DNA from: Camelus dromedarius
Lineage: Eukaryota
Direction of reading: 5' to 3'
Assembly: GCF_036321535.1 (NCBI RefSeq)
Contig: NC_087472.1
Location: forward strand, 91,514,001-91,578,000
DNA length: 64,000 bases
Part shown: positions 53,525-64,000 of the stretch, in pieces
Layout of the letters: each line of letters starts with the position of its first letter
How positions within the stretch are numbered: the first letter of the stretch is position 1
Notes under the pieces: model-generated
Databases searched by the model: none
Told to the model about the DNA's origin: nothing
Seen by the model: the letters and a program-made list of their open reading frames with translations, nothing else
Made by a program: the position numbers and the translations under genes

Positions 53525-53577
53525 AATAAACTTTCTTATTATTTTTACATGGCATAGTAATTTTGTATTCAATTAAA
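53525..53577 (+). terminator. NR0B1: Candidate NR0B1 polyadenylation signals (AATAAA 53525-53530; ATTAAA 53572-53577)
   Basis: Canonical and variant hexamers ~80 and ~130 nt after the stop codon; the site actually used cannot be determined here. Confidence 0.6.
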
Positions 53578-54680
53578 GAAAAACTGTAGTTACAGACAGG
53601 CAGAAAATCCTCAGTTCCATACTGTTTCATCGAGAAGGAAAAAATTTGCCTACTGGGAACACAGCTTAGGACATCTTTAAGGAAAGATGAGGGTCCTACA
53701 CGAATACACTACACAAGTTTAGCCACTCTCTCCACTGAGCCTACCAACATCAAATTTGTAATCTTATAATGTTGAAGTGTTAACCACTAACTTAATTGCA
53801 AAAAGGTTCATCAGGGTTTTAGCAAGACTTCAAAAAATACAAAGAACCTAGCCAACGTAAACAAAAGTTATCTTTGTAGGTTGATTTGGCTCTACCTTCA
53901 TTTACACTCTCATCAGCTGTGTGGAAGACTGTCTTTGTACTGACTCAAGTGGACATTGGTGAGCATAGAGGCAAATGAAAGTGAAATAGGAGATTTTCAG
54001 AGTTTTAGTTGGGGATTTTTCTGTACACGGTAAATAAAGTTCAATGAGAAACTTACATTCTACAAGGAGGCGCTATAGTTCTGGAAAAATCATCATTATA
54101 AACCCCCATTATATCTCATCCTTTAGATCCATTATATATGAGACTGTCACACTGAAGAAGCATGGTATGAAATATACAGTGACTTTATCATTGGCTCCTG
54201 CTGCCCCTTTAAGTGCCATCAATAGAACTACTTCCTGTCCCTGGATAAAATTTAGGGCACTAAATATTTATTCACTTATAGGTAATAAATTGCCCATCAG
54301 TGACTAATACATCTAGTCCAGGGTAATACCCCACTGCAGGGAGTCTTAAACTTTCTTTTGCACAAACTCCTTTGACAGTCTGGTGAATCCTTATGGGCAT
54401 CTTCTCAGAATTAGGTTCTCAAAATAATGCAGCAAATAAAATACTTACGATTACAAAAGAAGTGACTCATGTCAAAATATAGTATTAAAAATGTTAAGTT
54501 TAAAAATATTTTGAAATGTGGGGTAATATACATGCTGCTTCATCAGCACATTAAAAAAACTAGCTGGTGGCAGGTCTAATATCTACCTTCATTTCAAGGT
54601 AGTGATCAATATAACTGAAATTTCAAAATCATCTCCATCTATAATGTGTTAAGGGAATATTGGAGATTTCCGCTGGTGAC

Positions 54681-57600
54681 TCTTGGGGAACCCCAAGATC
54701 ACTACCCCATTCAGGGATTTGCTAGAGGGTCTCCTGGGTCTCAAGTCTATGGCTGTCTTCAGGGCTAAGACTTATTACAGAAATGTGGTAAGAGTATGCA
54801 GCCAGATCACAAGGAGAAAGACACAAGTGGAGTCTGGAGGAATCCATGTCTCCCTCTCCGATGAGGGGTCACATAGCACACTCTTGCTCAGCAATAAAAA
54901 CTCAGCACCATGTGTGTGATATCTCTGCCCAGGGAAGCCCTTTGAGACTCACAGTTTAGAGTATTTATTGAGGATACACAAGCCCCTTTTACCTCACATG
55001 TACCAAAATTCCAAACATGCAGAAAGGAAGTAGATGCTCAGCATAAACCCTATTGTTTGCACAAACAGTTTAGGCCCAGTGAGCCACTCTTATGAGTTAG
55101 GGAAGGACGGGAACACTCCCCAAAGCGAAGCTCCCAGATGTCAGCCAAGGATCAATCTTGCAAGAAAGCCATCCTAAGAATAGCAGTCTCACCCTACCTA
55201 TGTTAACCTGTCTTCACAATCCACTCCCTTGGCCCTTGGTCAAGGAGTCTTTATAGAATTATGATCAGTAGAACCCCACACATCAGGGCGAGGCCAACCT
55301 GCAGAAGTGATCTCACTTGTGCCCTATAAGGATCCTGGACAAAGCCACTTAAAACATCCCATTAGCCTTTAAGGTCTGTCTTAGAAAGCCAGCTGGCTCT
55401 CTGTAAGTTTCCATATGAACCTTTTCTACCTGGCCCAAGGCATCAATTCCGGCCCAGAACAGCTCTGGCTGGGAAGATGAAGCTGACTGGAAGCCTTCCA
55501 GGGTTGAGGCAGTGTCACAATGGTCAGGGCACACATCTAAGAAATACAATCCCCAAGGGCACAAGTGTCCCTTGGAAACAAAATTTACAATGTTTGGGCA
55601 CCTCCAGAAGGACATGCATTGGGCAGACAGTAGAGGCTAACAGGGCCCCCTAGTGTGGCTTCCCACCATGGTGCCTCCCACCCCCAGGTTCTCAGTCCAG
55701 AGTTCGGTCCTTGCTTTAAGAGGGACTGCCTAAGGCAGTCCATTCCAAACCGTTCTATCAGCGACTTGAGTTCATCGTCTGCCGAGGGTGGACTGCATTT
55801 GGAAGTGCCGTTGGGGACCTTGCAGGAGCTGCCCCACCCCTACCCTCCCACAGTCACAATCATAAGCCAACTGGGCTCAGTTGCCCATCTGAACCCTAAG
55901 CACTGTCATAGAAGCTTGCAAAGACAGCACAAAGGCATGGTTTTCTTCAGAAAGAGGATACATCTTCCTGGAGCAGCTCTGAAAACCAAAGCTCATCAAT
56001 GCCCCACCCCTACCCAGGTGCCAAGGATATTTTGTTGTTTTCTCAGTTGTTCCAAAATCTTCTTGTCCCATTCACTAATCCTAACTTTACAATTTTTCCT
56101 AATCATTTCTTTTTTGCCCAGACCTTATGTCTGCAAGAGGGACACAAGTATTTTCACAGAATAACATTTTTACAACTTAACCCCAAAAACCCACATTATA
56201 TTCAGGAACCAGTCAGGGCGAAACTGAAACTGAGCCCCCCACTCCCCTCGCCAAACCAAGTTCCTTAGTGAGTTTGTGATTAATCACTCTATCCAAAACT
56301 TTATTCCCTTGCTTGTCACCTCTGACCTCAATCCCGTGCTAACTGAACACTAATTAACCAGAGTCACATGACTAAGACTATTGTTGTCAGTAACATTGTT
56401 AAGGTACTAAAATTGCTGTTGGAGATACCACAATTAACATACAAATGCAAGTTGTTTCTCCAGGGCAAGATGAGCTCACAAACCCCCTGAGCCTTGGACC
56501 ACCTGGCCAGAGAATCCTAAACTGGAAACATCCTCACTCTTGAAACCACAATTCAGAAATGCCACAAGAGGACTGATGATTAATCTCAGTTTCTTTGTTC
56601 CTCCTCTTTAAGACATACCTAATTCAAAGACTAAGATGGAGTGGATCTGAGGCTTGTCTCCTACTCCCTTGCTTGGCGTCCTGCAAATAAACCATTAATT
56701 TGCTGCAAACACTTGCTGCCAACAGTTTGGCTTTCTGCGCCACGGGCACATGAGCCCTTGCTCAATAACAAAATTCTGATTTTTCAACATTAAAAAAAAT
56801 GGATCTATATAACCTTCCTCCCCCCATGACTTGTCCTGTTCATTGATCTGGTGAGCAGCCTAGAAAAGACAAAACCCTTTCTGAAGATTGCTACAATGAA
56901 TAATCCAAGGACCAAGTGAAAAGTGAGGGAAGGAGTCAGGCTGTCAGTCCACTGTTGCAGACTGCCGCTCATCTGGTAAGCAGAACACAAGTCAACAGCA
57001 GTGAGGCACCCCTCCCACCCTCACTCCACCCTACACAAGGGTTCTAGAGTCTGATTTGCTGAGGGGGCAGAGGTGTCATACTCCCCGTGAGCACCCTCCC
57101 TTATCCTGCAGGGTTCAATAGGAATCACAAGGTAGGAATGCAATCAAGCTCTGCATCAGAACTATAGAGCCCACCTGCAGCTCCACTTCAAGCGATCCCA
57201 TTGGAGAACAAGCCCTTACCCTAGGGCATCTGCAAGCAACCCAGCCAGTCCAGCCAGCACCCAGGCGTTTTCAGAGCTAGGACCTCACAGAGGGGTCCAG
57301 CAGTCCCAGAGTCTGGCAGTCCCATTCACTGACCCTGTGCCTGCTTGCAGCTGAGCATAGCTCCCTGCTGACAATGAATCAGGCCAGAGCAGGCAGTATT
57401 ACATTTTAGCTTGGAGTCAGGTCCAGGCAACCAGCATCTGTGAATTCAGTATACCTAAAATACCAGTGGCTTTTCCTCAGCAGCAAGCAAAGCCAAGACG
57501 CTGGAGGGCCAGACACCTGCGTTCCAAGTCCAAGTGATAAGCAAGCCTTTCCCAAGCACTTTTCACCTTGTCAGTCTTAGGGTCCAACCTGACCCCTGCA

Positions 57601-59213
57601 AAAATATGCACAACAGGGCAGAAAATCATCAGCCCTTAAGGGCCAGAAATCTTATTTTACAGAAGCTCATTAGCAAAACTAAAAATGCTTTTTTAAATTC
57701 CGTATGTGTATGTTCATCTGGAGACTGGTTCCCTTTTCCCAGAGGCTCCAACAGGCAAAAACCACAGCAAAAAATCATCAGTTAGAGGAGACTTGTTTCA
57801 ATACTGAGTTTAAATTCCAATCCGCCCACCTGTGGCAGAAAACAAGTGAGCTGTGTCCCATGAACCCATTTTTTTTCCTCTTCTGTTTTCCCTGGTTGAG
57901 ATGACCCTTCCAGCATTATGAAATTAAAAGCATATAACATTTTACATCAATTTGTATCATACAGCCAGACGCAACAGCCACAAAATGCAAAGCTGTGATT
58001 TAAAATTCCATTTTTCTCCCTCATTACAAGTTTACTCAAAGCCCTAGCAGTAAATCCACCGTTTACAGAGTTCACATCACAGCTGCCAGGAGAACCCAGC
58101 TGGAGTGCAAGGGGAGGGGAAGGGGCTGCTGCAGTAGCAGCTAGAGGGAAGAAAAGGCTAGAGTGTTTCTCCTTTCTTTTCCCCCTCTGCCTTATTTAAA
58201 GCCTGGCTCCAGTCCTAGCAAAAGACTTAGCCTTTTTCCCATCCACTTAATGGACAGAGCAACTACAAACCAATTTCTGTGCTTGGACCCTTTCTCCCCC
58301 TCCCCAGAGGGGGGACAGAGAGAGAAAAAGAAACAAGTCATCACCTGGGCTACGGCTATTTTTTTCCCCTCACTTTAGCCTGCATGGCCAAAAGCAGCCT
58401 GGGGGATGCAGTGAGCCAACTGTAAGGATGGATCTGTCACACTGACATTCTATAGGGAGCTTTTACCTCTGACCACAGCCACTCAGCTGCTGCTTCATGC
58501 TATGGTACCTCCACAGTCACCCAGGTACCTGCGTTTCGGCATGCCCTGCCCCTCCTTCTTTCCTTCAAAGTAACGCTGTAGCTAAATTTCAGTGAGTTGG
58601 AGTCATTCTAACAAATTCTGCCACCGTGTTGGAGGTACCCTAAGCCCCCCCTCCCCTGCCACTACATTCACCTATCAGCTAGATGGTCTCAGAGCACTTG
58701 CATGTGGTTGTCTCTACAGCTCAGATGATTTATAGTGATGCAGTGAAGACACACAGCTAGATCAGATGGGGACGACACAGGTGGAATCCATAAGGCTTCC
58801 TTTTGACGTCTCTCGTTCTCGCCCATGAGGGGCCACTAAGGTAGTTGCTTTTTCACGTGCGCCCCACCCCCACCGTAACAAAAATTAGCAGCATGTGTGT
58901 AATGTTTCTTCAGGGAGAAGTCCATTAGAGATTCAGGGCCCGGAGTTTTCACCGGGGACTCGTCACATAAGCACCCTCTACCTAGCTTGTACCAAAATTC
59001 CAGTCTCCTAGCAGGAAAGCAGGGGGTCAGCATAAGTCATATTGTTTGCACAAACAATCTAGGCACCCCACAGTGACCCACCCTGACCACTTAGGGAAGG
59101 GGAGGAAGATTCCTGGAACTGTACTTCCCTGATTTAAGCTAACGGCCGCCTTGCAAGCAGGCCCTCCTAAGGATAGTGCTCTCAGGCTTACTATGCCAAC
59201 TCTTTCCTGCACA
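54681..59213 (-). mobile_element. Degenerate ERVL-like provirus with two MER21-like LTRs (54681-55218 and 58627-59213) and a decayed internal region
   Basis: The two related LTRs share tgtaccaaaattcca and tattgtttgcacaaaca. Polypurine tract aagggagtggat (rc of 55219-55230); PBS-like cggtggcagaa (rc of 58616-58626). Confidence 0.7.
56397..56770 (+). mobile_element. Solo LTR (ERV1-like) nested in the provirus
   Basis: tgtta...cttgcttggcgtcctgcaaataaacc...ggctttctgcgcc...caataaca. Confidence 0.5.
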
Positions 59214-59599
59214 GGTACTGCTAATATTACTGTGCTGTGTTACGTGCATTCATAATTAAAGGAGAGGCCAAATTTCAGTCAGAGTTTAGTGAAAATAACT
59301 ATGTAACCGTTTTTTTCCCCCAAGAAATCAAGTTCACTGAACCCCTGACTTCTATCCAGGGGCTCCTCGAAAATGGAGGAAATTCATTGATTATTGATTC
59401 AGAACCACTGAAAGTTAGTACCTCATTCTTTCCCAGTCTGAGACTTTCCCGTTAACCACCTGCAGCGGGAGAGCAGGGGCTTCTAATATTCTCCACACCC
59501 ACCACTTTGTACTTCTAGTCCTACTTCTGTATCTTCCTACGCACATTTGCAGATGCCCACAAGGTCGGAAGACATCAAGGAGAAAGAGGTAAAGGGAGA

Positions 59600-60005
59600 A
59601 AAGTTCTCACCTGGCTGACGCCCAGCTCTCTGTCGTTTTCTCTGGCCATGGCAGATGTTTCGAGTTAATTCCTCGTCTTGTGGGTACGCACATACCTCAG
59701 CGTGGAGAACTTCCTCCACATTTCCCTCATCTCTTGGCATCTCGCTCCTGCAACTACTTCTATATTTCTTCTAGTCGTGCTTCTCTCTCTTCAGTCCTCG
59801 GACCTCCCTTTTCCTCTTCACCCCCTCAGCGTCTTCTACTCGCTTCACTCCACTAGGCAACTCTGGCAGGGAATTAGACAAACCTACGGCAGCACGCATG
59901 CGCACGGCAGCACGCACGCGCACGCTGGTTCTAGCGCGCATGCTCTCTCTCGCTCTTGTGCTCTCGCGCTCTCCCCCCACCCCACCCCCCTCCGCCTGCC
60001 TTGGA
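59600..60005. promoter_or_regulatory. Small CpG-enriched segment with NRF1-like motifs (putative promoter)
   Basis: cacgcatgcgca at 59893-59904, an 18-bp tandem duplication, and gcgcgcatgc at 59934-59943; not a recognisable repeat. Confidence 0.45.
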
Positions 60006-60615
60006 GGGAAATAGTTTTTGCTTTGGCAGATTTTAAGTGTGTAGGCCACCCAACCCAGCCACCTGTTCTGTATTAGTATTTCACATAATACTAATCCCTA
60101 AGGAGAGGTGCACTGAATAAATGGCAGTTTATTTCTACTGAAGGACAAGAGAGCTTTTGGATTAATCGTGTTAGAGAATTTCAATCTGGATATGAGGTTG
60201 GTAGAATGATGGAGGGGGCGGGGGCGGGGGGGGGGTGCAGGTAAGAGGGCCTGACAATTAGAAGAAAGTCTTTGGACAGAAGCCCTCAGAACCTGAATGC
60301 CTACTTAGAAATTCTGTCTGAATGGCTGTAGTAACCTCACTCTTTTGTTGCCCCTTTTTCTATCATTGGTTGGTGGTATCCCCTATAGCACTATAATTTC
60401 ATTTTGACTTGTTTGCATCTTGCAGTTAGATAACTTATGATGAAATATAGCCACTAAAGTGAATGTGAGTGAGATACTGCTCTGAAGAGAAATTTATCAA
60501 TAAAGCCGTCTACAAATTCTTCAGAACTGTAAACTCACGCATGGTCACATCAGTGACTACGTTATGTGTATGGATTTAAGAAGCTACCATTTAGTTTTTT
60601 AAAGTAACAATATCT

Positions 60616-60750
60616 AAATATAGTTCCCTGTGTTAAAGCTTGTAATAACCTATAATGAAAAAGAATATGAAAAAGAATATATATATAACTGAATCACTAT
60701 GCTGTACACCAGAATCTAACAAACACTGTAAATCAACTATATTTCAATAA
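60616..60750 (+). mobile_element. Short L1 3'-end insertion with micro-inversion and 15-bp TSD
   Basis: TSD aaagtaacaatatct at 60601-60615 and 60751-60765; inverted aaatatagttccctgtg, then sense cttgtaataacctataatgaaaaagaa. Confidence 0.85.
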
Positions 60751-61659
60751 AAAGTAACAATATCTGAGAGTTGCGCAGAGTTATTCATTTCTTTTTACAG
60801 AAGTCTTACTGATCAGTAGTGCCAAATGCAACTCTTTTTCTATTCTAGTCATGGGCTGCTGTATGAGTAATTGGTGAAGTCAAACTCTGAACCTAATGTT
60901 TTAGGGCAGAAAATCTCATCAAACCATATGCCCAATTTTAGAGCAGAAGACCAAAAGTTCTGGCAGAAATTTTAAGAGTGGTTAGATAAAGATGCAAGGT
61001 GGTCTACAGAAAACAAAATGTAAAAATAAGTAGAACAGAAATAGGAAGGTAGCAAGTAGCAGAGGATGGGGGACAAAATAAGCAGGAAAAAGGGGAAAAT
61101 AAATTCATAATATAAAATGAATGTCAGATTTACTAAAGTAGTCTGTATTATTACATTGTTTTACTCCTAATACATGATTACAAAAAAGTTTATTTCAAGT
61201 AAAAAAGCTAATATTTATTGTACTAAGCTCTGTTTTCAGTACTTTTCAAGGTTTATCTCATTCCTTACAATAGCTCTACAAGTTATAGCTGTCCTACCTT
61301 CCCAGATGAGTTAAGGCTCAGTGATGGAGTATCTTTCCCAGGACCCCATCACGAGCATAAGGTATGGCTGGAATTCGAAAGTAGTCCTGTATGATGAGTG
61401 CACCTAAATTTCTACCACCATACCACACTGTCTCCAATTTAGCTACAGAAGCTAAAGAGAAGTATATTTACAACATTTTATAGAATACATTTAACATACC
61501 TTATTTTTTTTTTTTACTTTTTAAGAATGCCAGTTTTCACATGTTTATGACTGAAGGTTAATACTTCCCGCTAAGACCACAGCAAACTTCCCCATTCTTG
61601 TGATTCTGGATCTTGTATCTGTGATCATCAGTGAGCCTCTATTTTTTCTTTGCCAAGTT

Positions 61660-61877
61660 GTTTTATTTATTTATTTTTATTCTTATTTTTTATTGATGTG
61701 TAGTTGATTTACAACGTTAGTTTCAGGTATACAGCAAAGCAATTCAGTTATACATATACATACATACATACTTTTCCAGTTTCTTCTCCATTATGGCTCA
61801 TTACAGGAAACTGAATATAGTTCCCTGTGCTATGCAGTAGGTCCTTGTTGTTTATCTATTTTATACATAGTAATGTA
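61660..61877 (-). mobile_element. Short L1 3'-end insertion
   Basis: T-rich tail + tgtagttgatttacaac...aatatagttccctgtgctatg. Confidence 0.8.
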
Positions 61878-63269
61878 ACATACTTTATTTTAAAATCTAG
61901 GTACCTAAAACTACTTTTGGTTTTTGGCTGTGGGTAAATCTGGTGGCTCCTATGCTGCCATTGTATAGTTACAATGGACACATTTTCTAAACCAGAAATC
62001 GGGACCTAAGCTTTGACAAAGATAGTTACAGGTTTGTACACGTTTATATGAAAGATCTTATGAAGCTATATGATGTAAAGTACATTTAATGATATATTTA
62101 GCAAGTCACCTTAATTAAAAAGAAAAGTAAAGTCAGATGAAATATGGCCCACTTGGAAGATAGTAAACATATGGTTCTGTAAAACATACTTTTTCTTCTT
62201 TATAGCCAGATCTTTTTGATGCTCTCAGGTCCAGCCTTTACCCTTACTAATACAGTCACAATCCTTATTTAGCTAAGGACTTGGAAGCCATTTCATGCTT
62301 CAGTGCAGAGAGGTAATTAATGTTAGGATTCTGACATTTAAAAACACACATAGAGGTTTTAATATCGTTGATGTAATTACAGTGTTTTAAGTGGTTATTT
62401 CTTTCTTACCTCCACAATGCAATTGTAATAGAGCCTGATGCTACTATTATCATTGCTTTTTAAATTGTAAACAAGGGAATTGCCAATAAGGAAAATGAAT
62501 CCTAATTCAAATTAGGCATAACATGTAGAATATTAAAATACAAGAAACCTTGCTTCCTTTGCCTTCCTTCTTATGATTACTTTTAATTAGCCCCCAAACC
62601 ATTCATACATGTATCTGGTTAAATACTATAAATTATTTATTTGGGCATCCTATAGGGGACATTTAAACAGTGGATGAATGATAAATCCCTTCTAATCAAC
62701 TTGATGACTGATTGAATCTGTGGTTCCATAACTAACTTGAGAATGGTCCTTCTCACTGGCCATACCAAACAAACAAAATGAAACTAAGTTCACTGTTTTG
62801 TAGACAGTCTCATTATTTAGTCTTACAATCATTAACACAGTATTATGAGGTCTGTATGCAGACTGTAGATATTCATATGTGAACTCGTTCACTTTTAGGA
62901 GGTAAGGCATATTCTCTTCACCACGGTTCACACTTCTACTTATTGTCTTTTTTTTTAAATTGATTCATCATAAGCTTTATTTATCACTGAGACCCAGTTA
63001 TAGGAGGGGGTTATTTTAATGTTCCTTTTTATTATTATTGAAGTACAGTCAGTTTACAATGTGTCAATTTCTGGTGTACAACATAATAGTTTAGTTACTG
63101 TCTTATATATGTTCTATTTTACTCACATGTTATCTTCTGGACTTCTAGGATCATATAAGTTTACTACTCTTGATTGAGAGAATGAAAACATATACATGTT
63201 ATATTGGCCATTATATTAAAAGAAAACTTTGGACACCTAAATTAGATTACTCACACATGTGAATGTGCC

Positions 63270-63840
63270 AGTTAATCATTTCTTGACTCTTTGCCCCAGA
63301 TCCTCCATTCTTTGCCTTGGTTTGTGATATCAGAGACACACCCTATAAACATTTCTTTTTTTGCCAGTGGCACAATATTGATTTCAACAAAAGAAAAACC
63401 TTAAAGGACATGACCAGGCAGTGGCAGCAGGAAGACACTTTCCCTCCAGGTCCAGTCCTCCTTGCTTATAGTTCTGCACAGGTGCCTGGTGGCTCTCAGC
63501 TATCAGCTCTAGCCAGTTTCACTCTCAGGCCACACCCTCCCCACTCAGTGGCCCACTTGCTGTGATCTGTGCCCTCTAGCAAGTTTCTTTGACCAAGAAG
63601 AATGCCTGTTCCTGCCCTCTTCTAAGAGGTCCGAACCTCAGTCTCTGGAGGACCCTCTGCTATTGTCAACTCTCCGCACCCTAGGTATTGTCATTGTTTT
63701 AGAACTTGAGACTCCTTAGAGTCTTCTTTTACCCCGCTTAGTGTTTAACTCTCTTTTATTCATTATTAAATCTTAATGTTAATCTTCTCTATTTAAATCA
63801 GTGGTGCTGTTTCTCTTTCCTCACTAGACCCAGACTGATT
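63270..63840 (-). mobile_element. LTR33-like ERVL LTR
   Basis: gttaatcatttcttgactctttgccccagatcctcc...ttttgccagtggcacaat...gtttctctttcctcactagacccagactga. Confidence 0.55.
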
Positions 63841-64000
63841 TAATGAGCAACTCAAGTCTAGGGAATTTTATTCTAGATAAGATGCACCAAAAACTCTTAG
63901 AGACAAGTTCACAGAGTTTTCTAGGAAATAGACATTGAAGCATGATCTACTGTGTGCCAAGTTTCAATTCTGTGTGCATAAATTGAGGTCTACTTCTTTA

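Larger units (their letters stand above)
54335..59385. mobile_element. hAT-Charlie element (MER119-like) split into 54335-54680 and 59214-59385 by an ERVL-like provirus
   Basis: Left half ends gatttccgctggtgac; right half resumes ggtactgctaatattactgtg...aagttcactgaacccctg. Confidence 0.6.

Noticed and set aside
55349..56268. ORFs of 88-169 aa within the provirus as a domesticated retroviral gene
   Set aside because: Short, mostly antisense to the provirus, and without recognisable Gag/Pol/Env motifs.
59537..59740. 67-aa minus-strand ORF as a MAGEB or other coding exon
   Set aside because: No similarity to MAGE or any family I recognise; kept only as a non-coding first-exon hypothesis.
60211..60237. 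G-run tract (potential G-quadruplex/Sp1 sites)
   Set aside because: Isolated low-complexity run with no supporting context.

Overview
Mammalian genomic DNA. It is probably a camelid X chromosome region, inferred from a Vic-1-like tRNA-derived SINE and the lineage-type L1 3' ends. The window holds one intact protein-coding gene, NR0B1 (DAX1), on the + strand. Exon 1 CDS is 48818-49988 and exon 2 CDS is 53200-53444, joined across a 3211-bp GT-AG intron to give 471 aa with 3.5 N-terminal 67-aa LxxLL-like repeats and a nuclear-receptor LBD. The gene has a TATA/CpG-island promoter. The remaining ~58 kb is non-coding: old and young L1s, L2, MIR, MaLR/ERVL LTRs, hAT MITEs, microsatellites, and a two-LTR ERVL-like provirus just 3' of the gene. 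All other ORFs in the track are repeat-derived or spurious. I see no novel multi-gene system. The most interesting signals are: (1) candidate NR5A1(SF-1)+SOX+forkhead enhancer modules at about -3.8 kb and -18 kb, plus an NR5A half-site cluster at about -34 kb; (2) an apparently eroded proximal SF-1 site; (3) homogenised DAX1 repeats; (4) a CpG/NRF1-rich putative promoter 6 kb downstream that could drive a convergent antisense RNA; (5) unusual L1 insertion structures (probable 3' transduction, inversion with a duplicated junction, ultra-short TSD-flanked inserts) and an old local duplication. Repeat family names and cross-species comparisons are from recalled consensus sequences, not from a search, and repeat boundaries are approximate.
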